Shown here: positions 49,609 to 60,143 of the stretch, in pieces
Layout: every line of letters begins with the position of its first letter
How positions within the stretch are numbered: position 1 is the stretch's first letter
Origin: an uncultured Spirochaetota bacterium
Lineage (GTDB): Bacteria; Spirochaetota; UBA4802; UBA5550
Length of the DNA stretch: 64,000 nucleotides
Reading direction: 5' to 3'
Assembly: GCA_963827275.1 (NCBI GenBank)
Contig: CAWHAA010000010.1
Location: forward strand, 384,001-448,000
The notes under the pieces: generated by a model
What the model was told of the DNA's origin: nothing
Databases searched by the model: none
What the model saw: only the letters and a program-made list of their open reading frames with translations
Position numbers and translations under genes: made by a program

Positions 49609-49859
49609 AGCGCACCTCCCTGATGATCGATACCCCTTCCGGGGGGGCAAGTCCGGGAGCGAACGCCGGTGCCGAAAGAACCCGCTCCCGCATGAAATAT
49701 ACTCCCTTTTATCACCCGGCGTCAAGCCGCCCGGTGCGGATAGGGCAATAAAAAATCAACTTAATCAATGAAACAGTTGTAATTATTTAGATGATTTTTT
49801 TCGACAATGTAACCGGAACCCGGGTTCCGGGCTCTGTTATTCTGTCATTCTATTAAAGC

Positions 49860-51227
49860 GTGCCGAAATTGAAAAGGACATCCGCGCAACATCCATCACA
49901 AGGCCATATCGCGTCATTCTCGGACACGGCGCGGACGCTTATACGCGAAAAGTCGTCCGGCGTGCGCTCAAACGCCGCCAAGACCGCCAAGTACCTGTTC
50001 ATGAAAGTGACCCGGAACTTTTTCTTCAAGCTGTTCTTCGCCGGCTTCCTGTTCCTCTCGGTTTTTTCAACGGCGGTCTACTATTTCGAAAGCAGGCACG
50101 TGTTCTACCGCGAGGAAGGCGGCGCCATGGTCGAAGACGAAGCGGCATCGAGCAATATCCGGTCCATGAAAGACGCGGTATGGTGGGCTTTCGTCACGTC
50201 AACCACGGTCGGATACGGGGACTATTACCCGAAATCGGCGGCGGGACGTCTCATGGGGATCCTGCTGATGTTCTTCGGGGTCTCACTGGTCGGGGTCATC
50301 ACTGGTAATATCGCTTCGGCGCTGGTGGAGAAGCAACTCAAGGAGGGTCGGGGCTTGAAAGAACTAAAGCTTAAAAACCACTTTATACTGTGCGGGTGGA
50401 AGCGCGACATGGCAGACGTCCTCTACCATATTATGGAAAAGAACAAGGAGTTCCTGCCCTCCGACTTCGTGCTGATCAACACCGCCGGTCCGGAGGAGAT
50501 CGAAAACCTGAAATCCGACGGCAGGTTCGCGCAGATCAACTACATCCACGGCGACTACATCGACGAACGGGTGCTGAAGAGGGCCAGGCTGAAAGACGCG
50601 GCGCGGGTGATCGTGTTCGCCGACCGCATGGTGCAGGGATCGGTGCAGGAGGTCGATTCGCGCACCGTCATGTGCATCATCACCATCAAGTCGATGTCCA
50701 AGACCATATACACCTGCGCCGAAATCCTTGACGAGAAGTTTGAGCGCTATCTCCGCTTCTCCAACTGCGATGAAATCATACTCACAACCGAATACAACCG
50801 CTCGCTCATCGCCAATGCGTCCGCGGGAAGCGGAATTTCCCACGTGATCAGCGAGCTCCTGAACGTAAACGCGGATGTATGCATCTCAACACACGAGATC
50901 CCGGCGCGGTTCATCAACAAGACGTACGGGGAACTCTTCGATTTTTACCTGTCACGCGACCGGACGATACTCATCGGCATCATGGAGAACACCGGCAACT
51001 TCTTCACGAGGAAAACCGAGGCCATCCGGGAAGCCCAGAAGACCCCGGACATCTCCAAGCTCGTTGACAACCTGAAGGACGTGAAGCAACTTGTCGCCAA
51101 CATGCCGATAATAAATCCGTCGTCGGACTACGTCGTCACCCACCACAGCAAGGCGATCGTCATTGAAGGGCGCGCGAGCAAGCCCATGATACAATCAAGG
51201 AAAGTGAGCAGCCATGCCGTTGTTTAA
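49860..51227 (+). CDS. 2-TM potassium channel with an RCK/TrkA-N domain
   Basis: WWAFVTSTTVGYGD selectivity filter; NHFILCGW RCK start; start codon uncertain. Confidence 0.92.
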   Translation: MPKLKRTSAQHPSQGHIASFSDTARTLIREKSSGVRSNAAKTAKYLFMKVTRNFFFKLFFAGFLFLSVFSTAVYYFESRHVFYREEGGAMVEDEAASSNIRSMKDAVWWAFVTSTTVGYGDYYPKSAAGRLMGILLMFFGVSLVGVITGNIASALVEKQLKEGRGLKELKLKNHFILCGWKRDMADVLYHIMEKNKEFLPSDFVLINTAGPEEIENLKSDGRFAQINYIHGDYIDERVLKRARLKDAARVIVFADRMVQGSVQEVDSRTVMCIITIKSMSKTIYTCAEILDEKFERYLRFSNCDEIILTTEYNRSLIANASAGSGISHVISELLNVNADVCISTHEIPARFINKTYGELFDFYLSRDRTILIGIMENTGNFFTRKTEAIREAQKTPDISKLVDNLKDVKQLVANMPIINPSSDYVVTHHSKAIVIEGRASKPMIQSRKVSSHAVV

Positions 51228-51750
51228 GCGAATAAAAAAAACCCAGGAACTGCCCGACTCCACGCTTGAAAAGCTGAAGGAGGTGTCGTTCTTTTCAATG
51301 TTCGCAAAAGACATTGATATGATAAAAAAAATCGCGGGGCTGTGCGCACGCAGGTCCTACCGGAAGGGGAAGAAGATAATCCGCGAAGGTGATTTCGGCG
51401 ACGAGCTCTTCATCGTGCTGAACGGCCAGATCGATATCATAAAAAAAACATTGCAGGATGAACAGTACACCGTGACCACCATGAACGCCGGGAAAGGCGC
51501 CGTCTATGTGGGGGAGATCGCCCTCATCGACAACGACCGGCGGTCAGCCTCGGTGTTCGCGAACACCGACTGCGACTGCCTGGTCATACGCCGCGACGAT
51601 TTCATCAAGTTCGGCGACGAAAACCCGAAGGCCGGCCTGGCCATCACGCGCGTCATCGCCCGGCGGCTCTGCGGCAACCTCCGTAAATCCAACACCGATA
51701 TCATTACGCTTTTTTCCGCGCTGGTGGAGGAGATCTCTTCTACCAGGTAG
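51214..51750 (+). CDS. Stand-alone cyclic-nucleotide-binding domain protein
   Basis: IIREGDFGDELFIV..G; GEIALIDNDRRSASV cassette; no HTH; overlaps the channel gene. Confidence 0.88.
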   Translation: MPLFKRIKKTQELPDSTLEKLKEVSFFSMFAKDIDMIKKIAGLCARRSYRKGKKIIREGDFGDELFIVLNGQIDIIKKTLQDEQYTVTTMNAGKGAVYVGEIALIDNDRRSASVFANTDCDCLVIRRDDFIKFGDENPKAGLAITRVIARRLCGNLRKSNTDIITLFSALVEEISSTR

Positions 51751-51768
51751 CCGGAGGGCGGCGCGCAG

Positions 51769-53073
51769 CTACTCCTGCAGCGAGTTTCCCGTTATCGCGG
51801 CATAGGCCGCCAGCACCGATTCATTCCCTATGTCACCGCCCGCCCCGGGCGCGGCGACGGAATCCCCCACCAGGAACAGGTTTTTAACGCCGGGGACTAA
51901 TGTCCCGGGCCGGTTATCGGCCGTCTGCGTGGTGTTCACCTGCGCCCCGTCCACCATCTTCAGGCTCGACTCCCGCATCCAGAGAACATGCTGCTCGATG
52001 TCCGGGAAATACTTTTTGATGGCCGTCCAGAGCTCGTCCTTGCGCTGTATCCGGAGGGCGCCGTCGCGCACGTCTTCCATCGTCACCGGGTAGAGCATCG
52101 TCAGCACCTGCCCCCCTTCGGGCGCGAGCCCGTCGGCGAGGTTCGAGGTAAGCATGCCGTAGGTCATCGGGCTATAGGTGTAGAGGAGCCCGTCGTAGTC
52201 TGCGATCCGCCTGTCAAGCGCGATGTCGAAAAAAATCCCGGACGTCGGCACCAGCTGCTTGCACATCTTGACGTAGGTCGGGCTGAAGGAGGCCTCCGGC
52301 AGGATGGAAAAAAGCTCCTGTACCGGCAGGTTGATCACGACCCGGTCCGCGGCGACGCGCCTGCCCCCCGCAACAACCCCGACCGCCTTTCCGTTCTGTA
52401 TGATGACCGATTCGACCGGGACGCCGCAGCGGATGGAGCCGGCGGTCTCTATCTCGCCGACGACGGCGGCATGCACGGGCTTCCAGCCCGTTGCCGGATA
52501 TTCGGCCGAGTGGCCGGTGACGAACACCTTTTTCAGGTTCCTGAACATCTCACCCGCCGACGTTTTTTCGAAATAGGGGCATACCATGACCGAGGCGCTC
52601 AGGAGCTCCAGGTATCTGCGCATGCCGCCGGTGATATTGTTCCTGATCATCCAGTCGCGCAGCGATACGTCCATCAACCCCTCATCGAGCGCCCCTTTTT
52701 TTATCCTGAGGAGCAGGCCGAAAAGCCTGAGCTTCTCATACAGCGTGAACATCGTGGTCGTAATGATCCCCAGCGGGCTCGTGGGGAAGAGGACCCTTCG
52801 CCCGTTTTTATCTATGAGGTACGACGCGCCGAGCTTCCTGAACGACACCTCCGCGCCGATCCGCTTCATGATCTTCGCGAGCGCGCTCTCGGGGCCGAAC
52901 CTGGTCAGGTGCACCCCGTAATCCATTACGTAGCCCCCGCGCTCGTACAGGAACGCCCTCCCCCCCGGCACCCTGTTTTTCTCGAATACCGTCACGGTCT
53001 CGCCATCATGGGCAAGCAGCGCTCCGAGGAGCAGCCCGTTGATGCCCGCACCCACTATGATTGTCCTGCCCAT
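51769..53073 (-). CDS. FAD-dependent oxidoreductase (phytoene desaturase/amine oxidase-like)
   Basis: IVGAGINGL..VFEK..PGGRA; NLFLVGD. Confidence 0.85.
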   Translation of the reverse strand: MGRTIIVGAGINGLLLGALLAHDGETVTVFEKNRVPGGRAFLYERGGYVMDYGVHLTRFGPESALAKIMKRIGAEVSFRKLGASYLIDKNGRRVLFPTSPLGIITTTMFTLYEKLRLFGLLLRIKKGALDEGLMDVSLRDWMIRNNITGGMRRYLELLSASVMVCPYFEKTSAGEMFRNLKKVFVTGHSAEYPATGWKPVHAAVVGEIETAGSIRCGVPVESVIIQNGKAVGVVAGGRRVAADRVVINLPVQELFSILPEASFSPTYVKMCKQLVPTSGIFFDIALDRRIADYDGLLYTYSPMTYGMLTSNLADGLAPEGGQVLTMLYPVTMEDVRDGALRIQRKDELWTAIKKYFPDIEQHVLWMRESSLKMVDGAQVNTTQTADNRPGTLVPGVKNLFLVGDSVAAPGAGGDIGNESVLAAYAAITGNSLQE

Positions 53074-53094
53074 CAGGCACCTCCTTCCCCGCCG

Positions 53095-54681
53095 CTAGAT
53101 GGCATATGCGCCGCCCCCGTCCCGTTTTTCGCCCGGTTTCAGCTCCGCCGCGCTGTACCTGACCGCCCCGCCCGAAACGACAAGGAGCGGCGACCGCACT
53201 GCGCCGATATCAGCGAGCGGATTGCCGCTCAGGACCGCGAGGTCCGCGCGCATCCCCTTCTGTAACGCGCCGATGGCGTCGGACAGGCCGAGAATGCCCG
53301 CGTTGTTGATGGTCGCGAAGCGGAGGATCTCGTCGTTCCTGAAGCCCGCCCGCGCCATCATTGCCATTTCGCGCACGAGGGACCCGTGGTAATGGAACGG
53401 CACGCCCGAATCCGTGCCGCAGCCGATCCGCACGCCCGCGTTCCTCATCCTGCGCAGGTTCGCCGCGCCGTGTACGAGGACGCCGAAGCATACCTCCGGG
53501 TCGGACATGAACTTACCCTGTTTCGGCATCTCGGCGCACCCCGGGTCCCGGAACCAGACCTTGGTTTCAAGGTTCAGAGCATGCAGGTCCGGATCGTAGC
53601 CGGCGGGAGCGCCCTCCGCCAGGTACTCGTCGCGCAGCGCGAGCTCTTTCTGAATAGAGGGGGTTGAATATTCGCGGGGGAGCACATCATAGCGCTCCCT
53701 GAACGAGACCATCTGCCCGATCAACAGGGTCGGCACGATCGACACCTTTTTCCTGACCATGGTCATTATTTCCGCGTCGCTGACGGCCGCGTCGCTCGTG
53801 ATATGCTCCATCGAATGCACCGGATAGTTCAGCGCCCGCTTCAGCCCGAAGTGCATAAGGCTGTGCACGGCCACGGGCAGGCCGTTCGACTCAGCGAAAT
53901 CAAAGATCGCCGCGAGGTCGTCATCGCTGTATTCGGGTATTTTTCCCCTGCCGCATATCAGCGAGCGGTCGTCCATGGTCAGCTTGATGAACGAGGCGCC
54001 GTTCTCAACGTTCCGCCTCATCGTCTCCATCAGCTCTTTGCGGTTCCGGTAATAGGAATAAATTCTGCCGGTGATCGACTCGGTAATGGGCGCGAAGGCC
54101 GACAGCTCCGTCGGCTTGATGTCGGGGTGCCCCCCGTCTATGTTGGTGAAGGCGTTGCAGTACACCACCCCGGGTCCCGTCAGAGAGCCGCTTGCATAGT
54201 CTGATAGTAACGAGTGCATTAATTTCGGGAAGCACCCCATGTCGCGCACGGTGGTGACACCCGCGTTCACCTGCATCATGCCGTTCCGCTTGATCTGGTC
54301 CAGGTACTTCGTGGCATGCACTGTTTTAAAATAGCCGCACGACTGCAGCGTCAGGTGGCAGTGCGCGTCGATGAGGCCGGGGATCACATGGCGCCCCCCC
54401 AGATTTATCGAGGTATGGACCCGGTCATCGCCGGGACGGTACGGCTCAATCGAACGAATCAGCCCCATCTCGAGGGTGATGGTCCTGTCGGGGAGGACGC
54501 GGCCGGCCGCGACATCGACCACGCTGCAGCGCGTGAGGAGCAGGGGCCTGGCGTAGTCGATCGCCGGCAGCCTGACTGCCGGTGAAGCAGCGCACCCGGA
54601 AACCGCCACACCGGCAAGTGAGGCCGCGGCAATCGCCGCTGACGACGTCTTCAGAAATTCACGCCTCGTGTACGGTTTCAT
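53095..54681 (-). CDS. Amidohydrolase with a Tat lipoprotein signal
   Basis: TRREFLK...VSGC; PGLIDAHCH, GVTTVRDMG, VAVH, MEH, GTDSG. Confidence 0.88.
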   Translation of the reverse strand: MKPYTRREFLKTSSAAIAAASLAGVAVSGCAASPAVRLPAIDYARPLLLTRCSVVDVAAGRVLPDRTITLEMGLIRSIEPYRPGDDRVHTSINLGGRHVIPGLIDAHCHLTLQSCGYFKTVHATKYLDQIKRNGMMQVNAGVTTVRDMGCFPKLMHSLLSDYASGSLTGPGVVYCNAFTNIDGGHPDIKPTELSAFAPITESITGRIYSYYRNRKELMETMRRNVENGASFIKLTMDDRSLICGRGKIPEYSDDDLAAIFDFAESNGLPVAVHSLMHFGLKRALNYPVHSMEHITSDAAVSDAEIMTMVRKKVSIVPTLLIGQMVSFRERYDVLPREYSTPSIQKELALRDEYLAEGAPAGYDPDLHALNLETKVWFRDPGCAEMPKQGKFMSDPEVCFGVLVHGAANLRRMRNAGVRIGCGTDSGVPFHYHGSLVREMAMMARAGFRNDEILRFATINNAGILGLSDAIGALQKGMRADLAVLSGNPLADIGAVRSPLLVVSGGAVRYSAAELKPGEKRDGGGAYAI

Positions 54682-54756
54682 GTCACTAAAGATCTCCATG
54701 TCTTGAATACCATGCCCGCCCGACGGACGGCGGACGTCTCCGGGGCACAACCGCGA

Positions 54757-55206
54757 TCAGGCCCGTTCATCCCTCACCTTTCGGTACAGGACGAGGATCA
54801 GCACGCCCAGGGGAAAATCCGAAAAAGGTATCAGGAGGTTTGCCAGCGTGTTCCAGCCGTTTTCGGGCCACAGGAACCCCGCGATGAAAAAGCCGGCCCC
54901 GAACAGCGATGAGGTGAACTTTGCCGCCGCCAGCGGCACCGCCATGCGGTAGTTGGCCCTCACGTCACTGTATATGAGGAGGGACAGGACGATGATAGTG
55001 ACCATCATCGAAACCGCGAGGGACACCCAGAATTTACCGGAATCGGCGGCGGGCGGCAGCGAGGGGAAAAGCGACGCCGACACGGCATTCATCGCGGCAA
55101 GCATCGGTCCCGGCACGATGATGAACACCAGCACCGCTGCAATGAACACGAGCGCATAGACCAGGCCCGTGTATTTCAATATTCTTTCTTTTTGTGTCAG
55201 TTCCAT
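54757..55206 (-). CDS. Small integral membrane protein (about 4 TM)
   Basis: Hydrophobic helices; GAAGGA RBS. Confidence 0.65.
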   Translation of the reverse strand: MELTQKERILKYTGLVYALVFIAAVLVFIIVPGPMLAAMNAVSASLFPSLPPAADSGKFWVSLAVSMMVTIIVLSLLIYSDVRANYRMAVPLAAAKFTSSLFGAGFFIAGFLWPENGWNTLANLLIPFSDFPLGVLILVLYRKVRDERA

Positions 55207-55456
55207 ATCCTTCTCTCCCGTTGATGCCAGTGGGATGCATTCATCAACCATACAATAAACCATTTGTCAACAAACAAATTCTCACCCTCGCCGTACCCGC
55301 CGGGAGCGTGATGCATGCCGCGTTACGCACCGGGGACACGCCCGGGAGAAAAAGATGTTGTAGCATTTGAGCGCACCGGGATAATTGGCAGGTGACAGGC
55401 GTCCTTCCCATCCCCCGGACGGACGCGGCGCACCATGAACAGAGGCCATCACCGAA

Positions 55457-56146
55457 ATGAAGCAAAAAAAGATAATGATTATAGCCGATTCCGTATCCAT
55501 GCCGCGGCCCGGCATACGGTACGAGGACACCTGGATATACCTCCTGAAAAAAGAATTCCCGCAGTATGATATTATGGACCGGACCGCCCGGGGAAGCACG
55601 TCCACGCGCCTCGTGACCGAAGGCGGCGGAGGCCTGGATCTCCTGGAAAGCTACATGCCGGACATCGTGATACTCCAGCAGGGCATGGTGGAATGCGTGC
55701 CGCGGCTCTTTGACAAAAGAAGCGCCGAATTCTATCTCGTGAGCAGGGTGATGCCGCCGCGGATCCGGCAGCGCTACATCGAATACGTGAAGAGGAACCG
55801 GGTGCGGAATCCGGAAGTCACGGAGGTTTCCCCGGAGCAGTTCAGGTCCAATATCACTAACTTTTTCACCCGCGCCGGGGCGATATCCGCCCGGTGCATT
55901 GTAATCCCCATCCTGCCCCCGACCGACCTGCACATGCGGAAAAGTCCCCACATAGCGCGCAACGTGGAACGCTATAACGCGATCTACCGTGAAACCGCGG
56001 AATTGTTCCCGGGCGTTACGATAGTCGACCCCTTCAGGAACAAAATCGACATAAACGAACTGTCCGTCGACGAAACGCACATCAACCCCAGGGGCCTGCG
56101 GATGATCTTCGACGGGCTCCTGCCCCTCCTCCGTTCCCTGCCATAA
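55457..56146 (+). CDS. SGNH/GDSL hydrolase
   Basis: IIADSV block I, PDIVILQQG, DETHINPRG. Confidence 0.82.
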   Translation: MKQKKIMIIADSVSMPRPGIRYEDTWIYLLKKEFPQYDIMDRTARGSTSTRLVTEGGGGLDLLESYMPDIVILQQGMVECVPRLFDKRSAEFYLVSRVMPPRIRQRYIEYVKRNRVRNPEVTEVSPEQFRSNITNFFTRAGAISARCIVIPILPPTDLHMRKSPHIARNVERYNAIYRETAELFPGVTIVDPFRNKIDINELSVDETHINPRGLRMIFDGLLPLLRSLP

Positions 56147-56271
56147 TTTCTTCGATTTTAAATCAGTAAATAAATTATTGATTTACTTTTATACTCGCAG
56201 TGTGTAAATTGACTCCAGTATTGCGGCCCCGCATGCGAGCGCTGCAAACAATATGGAGATCCGGGGACACC

Positions 56272-57060
56272 ATGAATCTCAGGAACAAGATCATCATCAT
56301 CATCTCGCTCTGTCTCACCCTCTCGGTCGGAGCGGTCGTTATCATCAACAGGATATTCGACAAAACGGAGGAACAGCTCCTCCGCAAGTGCCAGATCGAG
56401 GCGCTCTTCGGCGCGAAGGTGATGAGCACAATGATGGAGATGCTGATCCATACCAACCAGCTCACCTATGAGCAGATCATGGACACCAATTACGTCGAGA
56501 TCCCGGGCACGGACCCGAAAAAATACACCACGCAATACGACGCGGTGTTCGACAAGACCATACAGAAAATCCAGGACGAGTTCCTCAACGACGAGGATGT
56601 CGTGTTCGCCATCCTGTTCGACCGCAACGGCTACGTGCCGACGCATAACTCGAAGTATTCCCGGCCTCTGGGGAAGGACAGGAATATCAACCTGAATTAC
56701 AGCCGTTCGAAAAGAAATTACGCGAATACGCCCGAAATTAAAGAAGTGCTGAAATACCGGGGCAACGGGACGGTCAAGTACCTCTACACCCGCGACACCG
56801 GTGAGCCGATATGGAACATAGGGGCGCCGGTGCGGCTCCGCGGCGAGATCTGGGGCGCGTTCCTGATAGGCATATCCCCGCACCGGATGGACATCATCAA
56901 CAACCAGATGGTCATCATCACGGTCACCATCATGATCATCATTTTAAGCTTTACGCTTCTGATCCTGCTGGCGGTGATCCCGCAGAAATACCTGCTGGCG
57001 CCGGTCAAATCGGAAGAGTCCCCGGGTACGGAACCCCCGCCCCCGCCTGACGCCCGGTAG
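56272..57060 (+). CDS. Two-TM protein with an MCP-type Cache-like sensor domain and no signalling domain
   Basis: DTNYVEIPGTDPKKY, DRNGYVPTHN, RDTGE, WG motifs between two TM helices. Confidence 0.75.
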   Translation: MNLRNKIIIIISLCLTLSVGAVVIINRIFDKTEEQLLRKCQIEALFGAKVMSTMMEMLIHTNQLTYEQIMDTNYVEIPGTDPKKYTTQYDAVFDKTIQKIQDEFLNDEDVVFAILFDRNGYVPTHNSKYSRPLGKDRNINLNYSRSKRNYANTPEIKEVLKYRGNGTVKYLYTRDTGEPIWNIGAPVRLRGEIWGAFLIGISPHRMDIINNQMVIITVTIMIIILSFTLLILLAVIPQKYLLAPVKSEESPGTEPPPPPDAR

Positions 57061-57080
57061 GCGCGGACGCCTGACGCGGA

Positions 57081-57593
57081 TCAATCCATCACCCTGAATA
57101 CCTCCTCAAATGAATCCAGGACCCCGGCGTCAAAGAGGCCGAGCTTGGTGATGCCCGCATGGGTAAAGATGGCGAAGGTGCCCTTCGACCGGGCGCAGAG
57201 CGTCCCGGCGTCGTCGTAGAGCATCCCTTCCAGGATCACCTCCCGCTCGCTGGTTTTCTCTATCACCCGCGCCTCGGCCACTATCGGCCGCTCCGTCCAG
57301 ACCGGCCTGAGGAACTCCACGGTCATCGATTTTGTAAGGATATACCGGCGCAGGAGGCATATCGACGCCCAGCTCATGGCCTCGTCCATCACCGTCGAGA
57401 CGACCCCGCCATGGACGATATCATTCCACCCGCACAGGTGAGCGGGGACCGAAAGGCGCGAGAACACCGCCGAGCCGTCGGTATAAAATTCCATTTTGAG
57501 GCCGTATGGATTCGCCGGTCCGCACCCGAAACAGGGATTGTTCTCGCGGTTCGGCAATTTTCTCATCTGTTCAATGCTCTTCATCGTAATCAT
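57081..57593 (-). CDS. PaaI-family hotdog thioesterase
   Basis: CFGCGPANPYGL, HGGVVSTVMDE, VEFLRPV. Confidence 0.88.
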   Translation of the reverse strand: MITMKSIEQMRKLPNRENNPCFGCGPANPYGLKMEFYTDGSAVFSRLSVPAHLCGWNDIVHGGVVSTVMDEAMSWASICLLRRYILTKSMTVEFLRPVWTERPIVAEARVIEKTSEREVILEGMLYDDAGTLCARSKGTFAIFTHAGITKLGLFDAGVLDSFEEVFRVMD

Positions 57594-57779
57594 GACACTA
57601 CCCTTTTTGTATAGAACATGCATGTCCCGCTATTTTTTTAAAGGAGCATGCCGCGTCAAGGAACATTTTGATAAAACCGCCGGCCGCGACATCGCATCGT
57701 ATGAGCGATTTATTTGTTTGACATTTTTTTATACTGCGGGGACAAGATAGATAATAACAATCTTCCAAGGAGTCGCGCC

Positions 57780-58544
57780 ATGAGCACCATCACCTATGGA
57801 CTTGAAGGAAAAGTAGCCGTCGTTACCGGCGGCAGCCGCGGCATCGGGCTCGAGATAGCGAAAAAGCTCCTCGAGGAAAAGGCGCGGGTCGTGATATGCG
57901 GCAGGAAGCAGGAAAACCTGGATGCGGCAGCCGCGTCCCTGGGAAATCACGGCAACCTCATGACGGTCGCCGCCCACATCGCCAGGGAGGAGGACGTGGA
58001 CGCCCTCTTCGACCGGGTGATGGAACGATGCGGCGGCCTTGACATCCTGATCAACAATGTCGGCATGAACCTGATGACGCCCTCCACGGCCGACGCCACG
58101 GCCGCCCAGTGGCAGAAGATCATCGAGACCAACCTGACGGGCACCTTTCTCTGCTCAAGGAAAGCGGCATCCATCATGAAGAAAGAGAAACGGGGGGCCA
58201 TCGTGAACGTATCGTCGATAGCGGGACGGAAGGCCTCCCCCGGCATGGGGATCTACGGCATCGCCAAGGCGGGCGTGGAAATGATGACCAGGGTGATGGC
58301 CGCCGAGCTCGCCTCCTTCAATATCCGGGTCAACGCGGTCGCTCCCGCGATGGTGCGCACGGAATTCAGCAAGCCATTCTGGTCGAACAAGGACATCGCC
58401 GACCATGTCGTGCGGGGAATTCCGCTCGGGAGGATCGCCGAGCCGCTCGACGTGGTGCACCCCGTGCTCTTCCTCGCCTCGGACGCCTCCGGTTATATCA
58501 CCGGCCAGACGCTGGTGGTGGACGGCGGCGCAACCGCCGTGTGA
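57780..58544 (+). CDS. Short-chain dehydrogenase/reductase
   Basis: TGGSRGIG, NNVG, YGIAK, VNAVAP; AAGGAG RBS. Confidence 0.93.
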   Translation: MSTITYGLEGKVAVVTGGSRGIGLEIAKKLLEEKARVVICGRKQENLDAAAASLGNHGNLMTVAAHIAREEDVDALFDRVMERCGGLDILINNVGMNLMTPSTADATAAQWQKIIETNLTGTFLCSRKAASIMKKEKRGAIVNVSSIAGRKASPGMGIYGIAKAGVEMMTRVMAAELASFNIRVNAVAPAMVRTEFSKPFWSNKDIADHVVRGIPLGRIAEPLDVVHPVLFLASDASGYITGQTLVVDGGATAV

Positions 58545-58612
58545 CGCAAAGACAGCGACGGCCGGGAGATCTTCCGGCCGTCGCGCGTATTCCGTGGTAT
58601 TTGTGCCCCGCT

Positions 58613-59656
58613 CTATTTCTTCTTGTGAAGATCCTCGAGCCTTGTCTGGATGGAATAATAGGCTTTTTTCGCCTCTTCCCTGACGCTCTTGTTGAGGTCT
58701 TCCTTGGCCTTTTCCAGGGGCTTGAGGCACAATGGGTCAAGGATGTGCTCCAGCGCCTTGACCGCCTCAAGGCGTATGTCATAGTACGGGTCGTTGATCA
58801 TGCGGGCCAGGGTGTTGATCGACCCCTTGTCCCTCATCGATCCGAGGGCCTTGACCGCCTCAAACCGTACGTTTTTATATTCGTCGCTGGTTGCCTTGTG
58901 CACGAGAGGCAGCGCGTCCGCGAACCGGTGCTTCCCGATATAGACGAGCGCGTCCACCTTTGACGCGACGCCTTCGTTCATCCGCTTGACCATCATCATC
59001 AGCGGGGCGTCATTCAGGGCCTTTTTGGCCTTGTCGCTGCCCAACCCCTCGATGATCTCCCTCGCCGCGCGCCGTATCTCAAGCTTGTTGTCGGTGAGGG
59101 AGCCGATGAGGAGGTCAACCGCCTCGTCGGTCTGGATATTGCCCAGCGCCTTGACCGCTTCAAGCCTGATCTGGTGGCGCATATCGTGCAGCTTTTCCTC
59201 GAGGTGTATGATCGACGTGTGGTCGCGCAGCGTCCCCAGCGTCCGGATGGCCTCCAGCTGCACCATCCCCTTCTTGTCGTTAAGGGCAAGGGCTATGATG
59301 GCCGACGAGTCAGGGTCGGTTTTTCCCCGCGATGCCAGGATCCGGAGGGCATCGATCTTATCGTTCTGCGAGCCATCAACCATGATCGCCCGGAGGTCGT
59401 CCAGTATGCCCTCATCCCCGACTTCGGCAAGCTTCAGTATGGCGGTATTTCTGATCCGAACGTCCTTGTCGTTCTTCATGTTGCGAAGGGCGGAGACAAT
59501 GTCGCTGTTTTTCTGCTCTTGGTTTAAAAGGGCTATGAACGCCTTCATCCGTATTTCAGGATTTCTGTTGGTGGTCGCTTTGATAAGGCCGGGGATGTTA
59601 TTTTCACTTATTAGCTTATCAATATTGGGTTTAAATATCGACATCGTGTATACCAT
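58613..59656 (-). CDS. HEAT-repeat protein
   Basis: Repeated [VI]R.EA[VI]KALG units. Confidence 0.88.
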   Translation of the reverse strand: MVYTMSIFKPNIDKLISENNIPGLIKATTNRNPEIRMKAFIALLNQEQKNSDIVSALRNMKNDKDVRIRNTAILKLAEVGDEGILDDLRAIMVDGSQNDKIDALRILASRGKTDPDSSAIIALALNDKKGMVQLEAIRTLGTLRDHTSIIHLEEKLHDMRHQIRLEAVKALGNIQTDEAVDLLIGSLTDNKLEIRRAAREIIEGLGSDKAKKALNDAPLMMMVKRMNEGVASKVDALVYIGKHRFADALPLVHKATSDEYKNVRFEAVKALGSMRDKGSINTLARMINDPYYDIRLEAVKALEHILDPLCLKPLEKAKEDLNKSVREEAKKAYYSIQTRLEDLHKKK

Positions 59657-60143
59657 GCCTTATTTTTTTTATTATGGCCAAATTATCATTTACGCCTTAA
59701 ATGTCAATATAAAACAAAAAAATCGAGAAAGAATGCCATGAAACCATAGATTTCCGTGATGGTTTAATAACCGGAATTTGTGATGCGTCCCTGTCGGGGC
59801 TGACACGGGGACCGGCATACCGCCATCTGGTGATGAAACTTTCCGGGACGGCCTGCTCCAGCCAATACCTCCCTGTCATCATCACGCTGATGATTATAAA
59901 GCACCCCCGCACTGATAATATAGTACCGGGACAGCGGGACGGCCAGCCGGGACAGAAAAAAACAGTTATAAAAAAGTCACCCGGGGTGTGATACGTACAA
60001 TGGCGCGTCGACAGGCGGTCGGATAAAATAGTTGTGCGAATAAAATTATTATAGACAATGCGAAGATTATATGCCTCAATTGCATGAAATGTACCGGTAT
60101 CGCCAACGGTTTGGGATGCCGCACCAACTAAACAGAGTTAATT

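Noticed and set aside
59660..60140. Riboswitch or ncRNA in the long intergenic region
   Set aside because: Only weak hairpins and short CGGGAC repeats; no consensus I can recognise. An Rfam scan would be needed
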